64,000 nt of DNA from Octopus sinensis (GCF_006345805.1 NC_042997.1:195362001-195426000), one strand, 5' to 3'. Positions 39,034 through 52,212 are shown, counted from the stretch's first letter. Notes: generated by a model from the sequence alone, not told the origin. Numbers and translations: made by a program.

Positions 39034-39784
39034 CAAACAATTTCTACCATCAGAGCCAACACTAGGAACTGCGAATTTCATGGGAAGAGGTTTTATTTTA
39101 GGGAACCGAATATAAGGCATTGAAAATATGACATTTTCCCAAGAGGTCACGTTTGGAAGTCTGTAATATGTATATCATTTCCCCCTGTATTATTTAGTGC
39201 AATATTTTTCTTTGATAAATAGACTATTCGCCTTGACATTTGAAAATATTTAAAGTAAAGTATGATCATACTTCATATATTTATGCTTTATCATATAGTT
39301 ATTATGTTACTTCATTTTAACAGAGTTATTACTATACTGCTGTGGATTAAGGTATACTTTAAAAGATTTTGCGAGAATTTTTAATGTGAATATTAGTATG
39401 AATTTTATGGCTTGAAGTAATGAAAGGATAAAATGGAAAGAAGATATACAAAAAACATAAAAATAAAATAAAAAATAAAAAATCTTATAGCAAATTATGT
39501 ATGACACTAATATTATGAATTAGTGACACACACACACACAGGTATGTATGTATGTTTGTATGTATGTTTCTATGCATGTATGTATGTATGTATGTATGTA
39601 TGTATGTATGTATGTATGTGTGTATATGTGTGTATGTGTGTATGTTTGCATGTGTATGTATGTTTGTATGTATGTATGTATGTATGTATGTGTGTATGTG
39701 TGTGTTTGTATGTTTGTATGTATGAATGTATGTGTGTATGTGTGTGTATGTGTATATGTGTGTGTATGTGGGTATGTATGTGTA

Positions 39785-39880
39785 TGCATCCTGTCGCTCC
39801 AATAATGATAGGTATGCAACTGAAAATGTACCCTGGGTACTGGATTTGCAAACTCCTTATCAATGGTCCATAAATATTTT
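39785..39880 (-). mobile_element. RLE LINE endonuclease fragment next to (CATA)n
   Basis: YGPLIRSLQIQYPGYIFSCIPIIIGATG, homologous to the 26.8-kb element. Confidence 0.6.
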
Positions 39881-39899
39881 CTTTCTCCTGTATTTTTCT

Positions 39900-40683
39900 T
39901 ATTTCTTTACTGCCCACAAGGAGCTAAACACAGAGGGGACAAACAAGGACAGACAAACGGATTAAGTCGATTATATCGACCCCAGTGCGTAACTGGTACT
40001 TATTTAATCGACCCCGAAAGGATGAAAGGTAAAGTCGACCTCGGCGGAATTTGAACTCAGAACGTAGCGGCAGACGAAATACCTATTTCTTTACTACCCA
40101 CAAGGAGCTAAACACAGAGAGGGCAAACAAGGACAGACAAACGGATTAAGTCGATTATATCGACCCCAGTGCGTAACTGGTACTTATTTAATCGAACCCG
40201 AAAGGATGAAAGGTAAAGTCGACCTCGGCGGAATTTGAATTCAGAACGTAGCGGCAGACAAAATACCTATTTCTTTACTACCCACAAGGAGCTAAACACA
40301 GAGAGGGCAAACAAGGACAGACAAACGGATTAAGTCGATTATATCGACCCCAGTGCGTAACTGGTACTTATTTAATCGAACCCGAAAGGATGAAAGGTAA
40401 AGTCGACCTCGGCGGAATTAGAACTCAGAACGTAGCAGCAGACGAAATACCTATTTCTTTACTACCCACAAGGAGCTAAACACAGAGAGGGCAAACAAGG
40501 ACAGAAAAACGGATTAAGTCGATTATATCGACCCCAGTGCGTAACTGGTACTTATTTAATCGACCCCGAAAGGATGAAAGGCAAAGTCGACCCCGGCGGA
40601 ATTTAAACTCAGAACGCAACGGCAGACGAAATACCGCTAAACATTTCGCCCAGCGTGCTAACGTTTCTACCAGCTCGCCGCCT
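39900..40683 (-). mobile_element. SINE family A tetramer with 18-bp TSD
   Basis: TSD tttctcctgtatttttct at 39882-39899 and 40684-40701. Confidence 0.9.
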
Positions 40684-41118
40684 TTTCTCCTGTATTTTTC
40701 TCACCACATTGGTAATCAAAGGGCAGCTGATTTCCATATCAGAATATATATTTTTCTAATGGTCTCACACATCAATAACTGAGGGATCATGTTTCAATTT
40801 TATAGCTGTTTTAATTTATAAGTTCCGCCAATGTTCTTTTGACTTATCGGTTTCGACGTGGATAACTGCGTTTGTTGATGCTTTCTTTTTCGTTATTCTG
40901 CTCCGCACTGTTCTGGGGGTAAGAAGTATTACACGGTATACAATAAACAAAGAAGGAAAGTCTACAGAGTATACAATAGTAAAAAAAGAGAAAAAAAAAA
41001 CAAAGAAAAAAGATGACAACGATGCGGTCCTCCCGCATCAGGAGAATCTCAAGGGATAATCGAGGAAACCTACTACCGTCCAAGTTCTACCTGAGCACCA
41101 AGGGCAAGTTCCCTCTCC

Positions 41119-41165
<47 letters not shown>

Positions 41166-41167
41166 GC

Positions 41168-41199
<32 letters not shown>

Positions 41200-41201
<2 letters not shown>

Positions 41202-42625
41202 GCAGCAGCAGCAGCAGCAGCAGCCGTCCAAGAATTTTGACCTGGAGATCTCCATTTCCAGCGACTTCGAGGGCCACCTACCAGTGGTGTCGGGCGTCAA
41301 CGAAGAGCCCTCGACTACAAGACGACCAAAGCTTTTTTTTTCCAAGGTCTGGGGTCTCCCGTCCCTAAGCCCTAGACTATAACCTAATCACCCTTACTCG
41401 TCTTGTTGCTTAACAGCAACAACAACAACAGCAAGTGGCGGCGCAATGGCCCAGTGGTTAGGGCATCGGACTCGCGGTCGGAGGATTGCGGTTTCGATTT
41501 CCAGACCGGGCGTTGTGTGTGTTTATTGAGCAAAAACACATAAAGCTCCATGAGGCTCCGGCAGGGGGTGGTGGCGACCCTTATTGTACTCTTTCGCTCC
41601 AACTTTCTCTCACTCTTTTTTTCCTGTTTTTTGTCCCCAAATTCCTACGCAACCGCTGAGCCTGGATGCGCATTCATCCATCCGTCGATGCTCTCGGTGT
41701 CGAGAGTTAACCTGCTTTCTCTTCTGCGAGTCTTACGAATAGCAAAGGACCACGTTTCGGACTTCTCCCACGAAGACCGCTTCGTTCAACAAACAAACAA
41801 GCTCAACAAACAAGCAGCAGCAGCAGCCGTCCAAGAATTTGGACATGGAGATTTCCATTTCCAGTGACTTCGAGTGTCACCTCCCAGTGATGTTGGGCGT
41901 CAACGAAGAGCCCTCGACTACAACAAGATGACCAAAGTTTTTTTTTCCAAGGTCTGGGGTCTCCCGCCCCTAAGCCCTAGTCTATCACCTAATCACCCTT
42001 ATCCGTCTTGTTGCTTAACAACAACAACAACAGCAGCAAGTGGAGGCACAATGGCCCAGTGGTTAGGGCAGCGGACTCGCAGTCGGAGGATTGCGGTTTC
42101 GATTTCCAGACCGGGCGTTGTGTGTAATTATTGAGCAAAAACACATAAAGCTCCACGAGGCTCCGGCAGGGGGTGGTGGAGACTCCTGTTGTACTCTTTC
42201 GCTCCAACTTTCTCTCACTCTTTCTTCTTCTTTCTTGTCCCCGACTTCCTACGCAACCGCTGAGCCTGGATGTGCATTCATCCATCCGTCGATGCTCTCG
42301 GTGTCGGGGGTTGACCTGCTTTCTCTTCTGCGGGTCTTACGAATAGCAAAGGACCAAGTTTCGGACCTCTCCCATGAAGACCGCTTCGCTCAACAAACAA
42401 GCAGCGGCAGCCGTCCAAGAATTTGAACCTGGAGATCTCCATTTCCAGCGACTTCGAGGGCCACCTCCCAGTGGTGTCGGGCGTCAACGAAGAGCCCTCG
42501 ACTACAACAAGACGACCAAAGCTTGATTTTTTTCAAGGTCTGGGGTCTCCCGCCTCTAAGCCCTAGATCATCACCTAATCATCCTTATCCTTCTTGTTGC
42601 TTAACAACGACAACAACAACAACTT
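41200..42625 (+). repeat. About 600-bp unit repeated 2.4 times (GC-rich block + family C SINE), bounded by CAA/CAG tracts
   Basis: gcagccgtccaagaattt starts near 41220, 41825 and 42408. Confidence 0.9.
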
Positions 42626-43000
42626 GACTATTCTTTCAGTTGCTCATTCGCTGAGACATGAAACTGAATCTGGATCGTTTCTTTTGTGCACTTGATCACC
42701 CTGTTCGTCAACCTTTGCGGTTCAGTGAACAGTGAGCTCAACCGAACTCTCTACGTCGGGAAGACAGTGACGTTTCTCTTTATAGTTTAGTGTAATTGTG
42801 TTGACTAACAATAGTTACGAGATATATGACAAATCCCTAAAACTGGAAATAAAAGCTTCATACTGACATATAAACGCATACATAACAAAAGTAAATAGAT
42901 ATCCGATAAAAACAACGTTTTATGTTTATTTTGACTTGTATGTATGTATGTATGTATGTATGTATATATATATATAGAAGAGAGAGAGAGAGAGAGAGAG

Positions 43001-43057
<57 letters not shown>

Positions 43058-43688
43058 AAGTCCATATCTCCGATAGGTGTGGTCCGGTATGATATCGTAT
43101 ATGTATGCACGTATCTACTTATGTGCGTATGTAAATATGTATGTATCCATGCATATGTGTGTGTATGCATGTATGCATGCGTATGTGCATGTGTGCATGT
43201 ACGTGTGTGTGTGTGTGTGTGTGAATGTTGCCTTTCGCTCTTTATTTTAGGATATAATTTTGACCGGCCACCTGTTTCGTAGCAAGGTTGTAAAGGGAAG
43301 CATCTTGCTTTGTTCATCCACCTTTGAATCTTAAGGTCTTGCAGATTTTTACAGTCCCAGATATGTATGGATGCATGTATGTATGTATGAATGTATGTAT
43401 GTAAGTATGTATGTATGTATGTATGTATGTATGTATGTATGTATGTATGTATGTATGTATGTATGTATGTGTGTGTGTGTATGTATGTACGTATGCATGT
43501 ATGTATGTATGTATGTATGTATGTATGTATGTATGTATGTATGTATGTATGTGATTTTCTTTGGCATTTGTTTCGTTTGTAGAATTTAAGCCGGTTACTA
43601 ATAAAGTGATTATGTGCATATACTCAGCATGGGAGCTCCAAACGAGAAATCTCTGGGATGTTTTTACAAATTTCCACAGTATCGCTTA

Positions 43689-44201
43689 TCTATATATATA
43701 AAACTGTAGTTGTGTGAGTGTCTGTCCCCTTCGATTTAGATTCCTAACTACTCCCACATTTTGCGATGCAGTTTAACCAAATTCGGGTATCTTATAGTCG
43801 TGATTCATATCGAGCCCGTCTGGCTATTAGCGCGCGTCTACGATGAGTCTACGATTTTAAAAATAATTTAACATCATTTTTTATTCCATTTTAATGCATA
43901 ATTTTTCGTGTGTCGATGGCGGCGGAGTTGGCGTCCATGGTCACACCTGCACCTGTTTGCTTCTCCCCCTTCTTCCCTCCCTCGTGAAGCTGTGGGGAAG
44001 GGAGTGTAAGGAAATCAACGTCGTAAAGCGTTGTCAAGGAGACCAGCGTTCTTTTAGAACAACGACTTCATGGCTTGAAGACACCAAAACAGAAATGGCT
44101 AAGAAAGCCCGAATTGGCATCTATAAGGGAAGTAACTCTCTAAAAATGCTTATATAGTTATTTCCCTTACAAACCCGAGCAACACCGGGCGATACTGCTA
44201 G
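43689..44201 (+). mobile_element. Non-autonomous Helitron, family H2, with extra internal segment
   Basis: A|TC start, cccgagcaacaccggg hairpin, CTAG|T; related to 60039-60431. Confidence 0.85.
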
Positions 44202-44370
44202 TCGATTATATTTAGAGAATGCAAATTAGTCTCCTCTGCTTCTCTCCGACTGGACCTTAGCACTTCTAAATTTTTATGTAGATCTTTTGTTATAATGATC
44301 AATACTCATATAGTAAAGAAATACAAATGAAAATCTATAATCTGGTTATAAGAACTGTAGGTTTCTTATT

Positions 44371-44784
44371 TCTTTACTGCCCACTAGGAGCTACACACAG
44401 AGGGGACAAACAAGGACGGACTAATGGATCAAGTCGATTATATCGACCCCAGTGCGTAACTGGTACTTATTTAATCGACCCCGAAAAGATGAAAGGCAAA
44501 GTCGACCTCGGCGAATTTGAACTCAGAACGTAGCGGCTGACGAAATGCCTATTTCGTTACTACCCACAAGGGGCTAAACACAGAGGGGACAAACAAGGAC
44601 AGACATAGGTATTAAGTCGATTACACCGACCCCAGTGCGTAATTGGTACTTAATTAATCAACCCCGAAAGGATGAAAGGCAAAGTGGACCTCGGCGGAAT
44701 TTGAACTCAGAACGTAACGGCAGACGAAATACCGCTAAGCATCTCGCCCGGCTTGCTAACGTTTCTACCAGCTCGCTGCCTTCC
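44371..44784 (-). mobile_element. SINE family A dimer with 14-bp TSD
   Basis: TSD gtaggtttcttatt at 44357-44370 and 44785-44798. Confidence 0.85.
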
Positions 44785-44907
44785 GTAGGTTTCTTATTAG
44801 CTCTCCGTAGATATTCTTCTTTCGCCAAATTTTACATTCCCATCCGTCAGGCAGCTGATCTCAACAGCTGTGCATGTCTATCACTCTATGTTACATACAA
44901 ATATATA

Positions 44908-45068
44908 CGATGGGGTGCTGAAAAGTTTGGGTAAAAGAAAATACAGGAGGATCAATTTATTATGATTTTAGTCAATATATTCCTCTCTCAGATTCATATA
45001 CTTATTGCAGTGGTCCTTCAGTTTTTCTAATTTCTGTAAAAGAACTCGGGAACTTTTCAGCACCCCCT

Positions 45069-45070
<2 letters not shown>
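44908..45070. mobile_element. Mariner-type MITE
   Basis: TIRs cgatggggtgctgaaaagtt / aacttttcagcacccccttg with TA on both flanks; another single end near 53853. Confidence 0.8.
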
Positions 45071-45104
<34 letters not shown>

Positions 45105-45105
<1 letters not shown>

Positions 45106-45650
45106 TTTGATACTTTGATAGGTTTCGGCCATTATTGGCCCAGGCCATGTCTAACTTAATAGCACCACCTGGTGAAGTCTTTCAAGTCAGAATTTGGACA
45201 CTATGGCCCACTCAAGTAGAGAGTTATTGTTTATAGAGACATATCCGGGTGTAGGAGGTTTATCCGGGATTTCTTGAAGGAATCTGTCCAAAGACTTCTT
45301 GAACCCTATAGGGTCTGTTTCTGTTTTAATGTGTTTTGGTGTAATGTTAAAGAGAGCGGGGCCAATTGAGATGAAATAATTGTGCCATATTGTTGTTATG
45401 AGATGAGAGTGCGATTTTTGTTGTGGGCGGATGGCACGGGGCCCAAGCCTTTGATGTACCTTAAAGGTGATGCCAACATCATTTGGGCAATGCTGATGGA
45501 ATATTTTCCACATCATGCAGATGATGTAGCGCTCACGGCGCTATATATATACATTGTCTAAGTGACACAATACAGCACCCCAAATCAGTCTGGACTAAAC
45601 TTATACACCTTCCATCTAACACAGATCCTGTCAGTGTCACTGTTGATGAA
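45105..45650 (-). mobile_element. 3' end of a CR1-clade LINE
   Basis: RRERYIICMMWKI...IGPALFNITPKHIK...FKKSLDRFLQEIPDKP..PGY...NSL*; short UTR ending in duplicated tatcaaag. Confidence 0.8.
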
Positions 45651-45689
45651 GAATACTAGGGGTCGTTAGTGTTTTCTTAGTCCTGACGT

Positions 45690-46420
45690 TCAAGTTGCGT
45701 TTTACTTCAAGTGTTCAGTGTAATATCCGAAATGTTGGTTGTAGCATTAGCACTGCAAAAGCATTGCGGGATATGGTTTTAAGGAAAGCAGATAACTCTG
45801 TATTCCATACCTTCCAGAGTTTGCTGAAGAGTTCTCTTGTTATTCTGGCTTTACTCACAGCACCAACATATGAAATATTCTCATCGATTCCGAGAGTTGT
45901 AACATTCATCACTAGTGATCGGGGAGATTGAAAGGCCATTGGTTTCCTTGGCTGCTGGACAATCTTTCCGCGTTTAACTACGTATCCTAATCTACATCTA
46001 TTCCTATGTCTTGCGTCTTGCGAGAATGCTGTGACCAGTTCTAGCAGTCTCTTGGTGTTGTGTATATTACTTGAAAAGAGCTTAAGGTAATCAATAAAGG
46101 CGTGGGTGACATTAATTTTACATTCACCTGCCTTTTGTCATATAGCTTTATATTTCCATAGCAGGGCTGACAAGAGGTTCATAGCTAGAACGAAACACAT
46201 TGCAAATAAGCTGTCATCTTGAAGCATTCCTGTCGCTAGCCTAATTCTGTTTGTGTCTATAATGATTGCAGTAGTTCTCATCAGACTTATGTTATTGTTA
46301 TTTTGTTAATGACATTAAATAAATCAGCTATAGCAAAATGAGCTGAGAGAAACAACTTGGAGTGACCAGGAGCATGTATTTGAATAACATAGACTAATAC
46401 AGGTATATCAAATACTATAC
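45690..46420 (-). mobile_element. Decayed R4/Dong-type reverse transcriptase fragment
   Basis: GMLQDDSLFAMCFVLAMNLLS (cf. GIFQGDSLSP), HAFIDYLKLF (cf. YMDDLKLY), LGIDENISY...KLWKVWNTELSAFLK; stops and frameshifts. Confidence 0.8.
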
Positions 46421-46458
46421 AACATAAATTCTTGATTTATAAAAATTATGTCTATTTC

Positions 46459-47205
46459 TAGAGTAGTTGTCAACCATTTTTTTTTTACCTGTAGAATCCT
46501 TTGACTCCTATTTTACCCGGATTGGGGGACCCCTACAACCATCCGATGTCTAAAAATCCCGATTATATTTTTTATGATTAAATATTACTAGCAGTATCGC
46601 CCGGCGTTGCTCGGGTTTGTTTCGACCCTTTAGAATTAGAATTTTTGAAAAGTAAAAATTTTGCATTATCAGCGGTGGTGCCCCAGCATGGCCGCGGCCT
46701 TCGGGCTAAAACATTTTAAGGATTTAAGGATTTATGTAGCTTGCTATTCTCTTTAAGTGAACATTTTTCTGGTTGAAATACACCGAAAAATGGCGACACA
46801 GCAGTCAAAAAATCGTAAAAAATAGGGATTTTCATAGAAAAAAAGCACCTTTTTGATGTAAATAATTGTTGGTGTTAACATGGTCCGATTTGAATTTTTC
46901 TTCTACGGAAGGAAGAGCAAGCCTCCTTCTTTCATAATCTCAATTTTGGTCAACTTGCGCCGCAGGGTCTCAGAGGAGATAGTGTTAGTTGAAGGCTACC
47001 AAACCTGCCATACACAGACAACTTCAGCTTTATATAGAGAGAGATTAGGAGTTGTATGAAAAATCGTTTAAATATGTTGTGTAGTACAGAAAAGTAACCA
47101 ATTCATTGTGCATAAATTTTAACAACAAAATCTTATACAGATCCCCGATGGTCATATGGACCCCGGTTGAGAACCCCTGCACTACAGGATGCATCGTAAT
47201 TACAA
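46459..47205. mobile_element. Possible hAT-type MITE split by a Helitron
   Basis: Right end ggttgagaacccctgcacta; decayed left end tagagtagttgtcaacc. Confidence 0.45.
46588..47044 (-). mobile_element. Non-autonomous Helitron H1 containing a ~60-bp retroelement-tail insertion
   Basis: H1 termini; extra cagcggtggtgccccagcatggccg...aaggatttaaggat at about 46670-46732. Confidence 0.85.
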
Positions 47206-47255
47206 AATGGATATTGGGACCAGCTCCACGTAAGAAGGAAGAGGACATGCTTATT

Positions 47256-47459
47256 TCTTTATTGCCTACAAGGACAGACAAAGAGATTAAGTCGATTACA
47301 TCGACCCCAGTGCGTAACTGGTACTTATTTAATCGACCCCGAAAGGACGAAAGGCAAAGTCGACCTCGGCGGAATTTGAACTCAGAACGTAACGGCAGAC
47401 GAAATACGGCTACGCATTTCGCCCGGCGTGCTAACGTTTCTGCCAGCTCGCCGCCTTTA
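47256..47459 (-). mobile_element. SINE family A monomer with 18-bp TSD
   Basis: TSD gaagaggacatgcttatt at 47238-47255 and 47460-47477. Confidence 0.9.
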
Positions 47460-47800
47460 GAAGAGGACATGCTTATTGTCCGAAGATAAGCGGATACGTA
47501 GAGACACATAGCTCAGTAACCGCCATCAGCACGACAAATATCCATCCTTATCTCCAGAAACCAAGGTACTTAGACTCATACAAGAAGAGTAGAATACATT
47601 TATGGCCAAAGTAATTTGCATAATTTAAACAAAAACGAACAGTTGGAACTGTGGCTAGGCGTAGCGATTTTGTTAGCTGTATGCAAGATAGTCGTAACAT
47701 ATTTGTGTCATCTTGTATACATACGCACTCTGACCGCGTGTGTACCGTTGGCGATTTTTTCCCCTGCGATTTCCGCTCCTTGGATCTTTCCTTTTCCTAT

Positions 47801-47836
47801 GCTTCTGACGAAGAGCTCCGCTCGAAACGTTAAATC
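47801..47836 (+). ncRNA. Minimal hammerhead-like motif
   Basis: gctt-CTGACGA-a-gagc(tcc)gctc-GAAAC-GTT-aaat; stem II perfect, stem III reduced to palindrome AACGTT, stem I only 2 bp. Confidence 0.55.
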
Positions 47837-48198
47837 CCCCTTCTTTCTTTCCTGAGCGACCAATAACACTATACTTGTTCCACATCCTCGCGTTGTTGTG
47901 TTTTCTCTTTGTGTTTTCATGTTTGGATTAACTATATTTAAATATACATCTACGTATAAACGTTTTAATTGACTAACGCAATACAAATACTATTCACATG
48001 CGTATACACCCATTTATCCTCATTTATCCATATACAAGTACTCACATGCAATTTTAGTATACAATAGGTATACGATTAACTCAGCTAATTAATTTCGATC
48101 CAATTAATTTTGATACTACACTCCAAACCAGTTGCTATAGTAAACTGTATTACCAGCAATACACTTATATAAAGTATCTTATATCAACACGTGTGTGT

Positions 48199-48248
<50 letters not shown>

Positions 48249-49100
48249 ACATGTATAGGAAGGTATGTGGCCAAGTGGTTAGTATATTCCTTTTACGACT
48301 TTAAGTTCGTGAGTTCGCCACCCGACGGCGCATTGTGTTCTTAAACAAGACACTTTATTTCACGTTGCTCCCATTCACTCAGCTGGTAAGAATGAGTAAT
48401 ACCCGTATTTCAAATGCCAGCTTTGTCACAGTTTGTGTCACGCTGAATCTCTCCGATAACTATTTTAAAAACCTGCCTCTTTTCATGCATTATTTAAAAG
48501 AAAAAATAAATAAATAAAGGCGGCAAGCTGGCAGAAGCGTTAGCACGCTGAGCAAAATGCTTATCAATATTTCCTCTGTCTTTACGTTCTGAGTTCAAAT
48601 TCCGCCGATGTCGACTTTGCCTTTCGGGGTCGATAAATTAAGTACCAGTTGCGTACTGGAATCGATCTAATCGACTGGCCCCCTCCCCCCAAAATTCGGG
48701 CCTTGTGCCTAGAGTACAAAAGATTATTTAAAAGAAAAAACAAACGTGCTCGCCTTCTTGGGGAAGCTATTAACAACACACCTTATCTTTTCTCCTATAA
48801 ATATGTCAAGTTGCATTCAAATCTTTTACATAAAAATACTAGCCATTTGCTGTCACATTGTAAATCATACAAAGTCAACGAAATAAGGTGAATATCCGTA
48901 TTATAGATACAATCCTGATACTGTATACTAGTAATAAACCTTTTGTAGATTTATTGGTCTTGTCATAAAAGTACTGGCATAATAACTTGACAAATATTTT
49001 TTGTAACATGTTAAAGTGTTTCATAATAACTCTTACACAGACAGAGGAAGTGGACAAAATAATGGAAACACCTTGTTAAATAGAAGTTCTACTATTTAAT

Positions 49101-49184
<84 letters not shown>

Positions 49185-49948
49185 GGCAGAATCGTTTGTA
49201 CATTGGACAAAATGCTTAGCATTTTATGTCTTAACGTTCTGAATTCAAATTCAACCGAGATCAACTTTGCCTTTCATCCTTCCGGGGTCGATTAAATAAG
49301 TACCAGTTACGCACTGGAGTCGATATAATCGACTTAATCTGTTTGTCAGTCCTTGTTCGTCCCCTCTGTGTTTAGCTCCTTTTGGGCAGCAAAGAAATAA
49401 GAATCGTTACTACGCTGGGTAAAATGCTTAGCATTTTTTCCGTCTCAACGTTCTGGATTCAAATTCAACCGAGATCGACTTTGCCTTTCATTCTTTCGGA
49501 GTCCAGTGGTGGGGGTTGAAGTTATAGACTTGTACCCTCCCCACTCCGAATCACTAGCCTGATCCCAAAGTTTGAAACAATTATTTAACACGGCGTTGGT
49601 GCACCTTTCGCATCAACCACAGCTGTTAATACGCCGTGGAATTGATCCGTTGACACGCCGTGGAATTGATCCGTTGATACGCCGAGGAATTGAACGGTTG
49701 TTAGAATACAGATCCATTCCTCAAGTAAAATCTACTTTAGCTCTTCCAGCAACGAAGGCAGAGGAAAGCGGTTCCTCATATGCTACTATTCAGCTGTAAT
49801 ATGAATGTTCGATTATAATAAGATCAGTGACGACTCGTGTATAGGAACTGCAGAACTGCAACACCCCATATTTCCTCTCAATATTATCGATAGCAATCAA
49901 TATAATGAATCCTTTTTTCTGTAATTCTTTCTTTATACTTGTACATTG

Positions 49949-50215
49949 TGGAGGCGCGTGGCTTAGTGGTTAGCGTGTCAGCATCATGATCGTAAGATTC
50001 TGGTTTTGATTCCTGGACCGGGCGACGCGTTGTGTTCATGAGCAAAACACTTCATTTCACGTTGTTCCAGTCCACTCAGCTGGCGAAAATGAGTGACGTT
50101 GCGATGGACTGGCGTCCTGTCCAACTGGGGAACACATACGCCATTGAAACCAGGAAACCGGACCCATGAGCCTGGTTAGGCTTTAAAAGGGCGCATTTAT
50201 TTTATTTTTTATACG
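49949..50215 (+). mobile_element. SINE family C, CORE-like body, tail type 1
   Basis: Head as at 18092, tail as at 10071; tgtacatt repeated on both sides. Confidence 0.8.
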
Positions 50216-50491
50216 TGTACATTAGATAATCTTTGAGCTTAATGTTAGTAGCCATCCCCTAGTTTATGAAAAAAATACAAAAATCCTTGTATAGAATTGT
50301 GCGCTTCACAATTCTAGCGACGCGGTGTTTGGCTGTTGTGCACATGCTCACATGTCCAAGATAGGAAGCTGCACGCTAGGGAGAGAGGGCACTGTGGTTC
50401 GTACAGTGCCGACACTGGTGTGCTGGTGAAAGGTAGTGTTTTTCTTTTTGACTCCGCGTGTGTTGTGCTTAAAAACATGTTGATATTCTTG

Positions 50492-50591
50492 NNNNNNNNN
50501 NNNNNNNNNNNNNNNNNNNNNNNNNNNNNNNNNNNNNNNNNNNNNNNNNNNNNNNNNNNNNNNNNNNNNNNNNNNNNNNNNNNNNNNNNNN
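50492..50591. other. Assembly gap (100 N)
   Basis: Direct reading. Confidence 1.
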
Positions 50592-51106
50592 TACGCTCTG
50601 GGGTCGATATAATCGACTTAATTCCGTTTGTCTGTCCTTGTTTGTCCTCTCTGTGTTTAGCCCCTTGTGGGCAGTAAAGAAATAAGTAAAGAAATAGGTA
50701 CTTCGTCTGCTGTTACGTTCTGAGTTCAAATTCCGCCGAGATCGACTTTGCCTTTCATCTCTTCGGGGTCGATAAACTAAGTACCTGTTACGCACTGGGG
50801 TCGATGTAATTGACTTAATACCTTTGTCTGTCCTTGTTTGTCCCCTCTATGTTTAGCCCCTTGAGGGTAGTAAAGAAATCAGAATCTGTAGGCAACAGCG
50901 GTGTTGGTGCGATTTGAAACCAGACTGGTTGCAATGTTTTTTTTTTAAGCAGAAATAGTTGTAAGCTAACGAAGCTGATTACCTAATTAATGCTTCCTTG
51001 TCATCCATTAATTTAACGTTCCGCCCTGTACCCGCCTCATGCTTTTTTCTAAAGCATACGTCTATCGAGTCCTAAGATTAGATTATTGGTATCGCTTTGA
51101 GAAATC

Positions 51107-51194
<88 letters not shown>

Positions 51195-51804
51195 CCTGCC
51201 TGTCTCTCTGTCTGCCTGCCTGCCTGCCTGTCTGTCTGTCTGTATTCTTCCCCTCTCTTTCTCTCTCTCACTCTCTCTCGCTCTCTTTGTCCCTCTGTCC
51301 AATCCCTCTGTACTGTCCGTCCGTCTGTCGATCTCTTCCCCACCCCATCCCTCTCTCTCCTCCCCCTCTCTCCCTCCTCTCTCTCCCTCCCCTCTCTCCC
51401 TCCCTCTCTCCCTCCCCTCTCTCCCTCCTCTCCCTCTCCCCCTCTCCCTCCTCTCCCTCGCCCCCCTCTCCCAATCTCTATCTCCCTTTTCCTCTCTCTA
51501 TCTCAATCTGTGATCGGTAACATCAATGATTATTGGTTTCCAAATTTCCAGCTGGACTGTCACTAGTGGACCGCGTCTTGAGTTAAGAATGTTTGATGCT
51601 TTGAACAATTTCACTGACAAAGTCATACTCTATCGTCTTTATGAACAGAAAGGATGTATCAAATAATGCAGATGGAAAAGAGATGATCACGGCTTCAATG
51701 CCTTTGACTGTAGAGGATTCTTATTGGGTTGACCTAGGGCTAAAGAAAAACAAAAAACAAAATAATATTATGTCAAATACATTTCTCTTTTTTTTTTACT
51801 CTCA

Positions 51805-52212
51805 TTTACTTATTTCAGTTATTTGACTGCGGCCATGCTGGAGCACCGCCCTTAGTCGAGCAAATCGATCCCAGGACTTATTCTTTGTAAGCCTAGTACT
51901 TATTCTATCGGTCTCTCTTTTTGCCGAACCGCTAAGTTACGGGGACGCAAACACACCAGCATCGGTTGTCAAGCTATGTTGGGGGGTGGGGACAAATACA
52001 GATACACAAACATATATACACACATACATATACATATATATTCATATATACGACGGGCTTCTTTTCAGTTTCCGTCTACCAAATCCACTTACAAAGCTTT
52101 GGTCGGCCCGAGGCTATAGTAGAGACACTTGCCCAAGGTGCCACGCAGTGGGACTGAACCCGGAACCATGTTGTTGATAAGCAAGCTACTTACCACACAG
52201 CCACTCCTACGC
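51805..52212 (-). mobile_element. SINE family B
   Basis: Reverse-complement match to 7486-7895. Confidence 0.9.
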
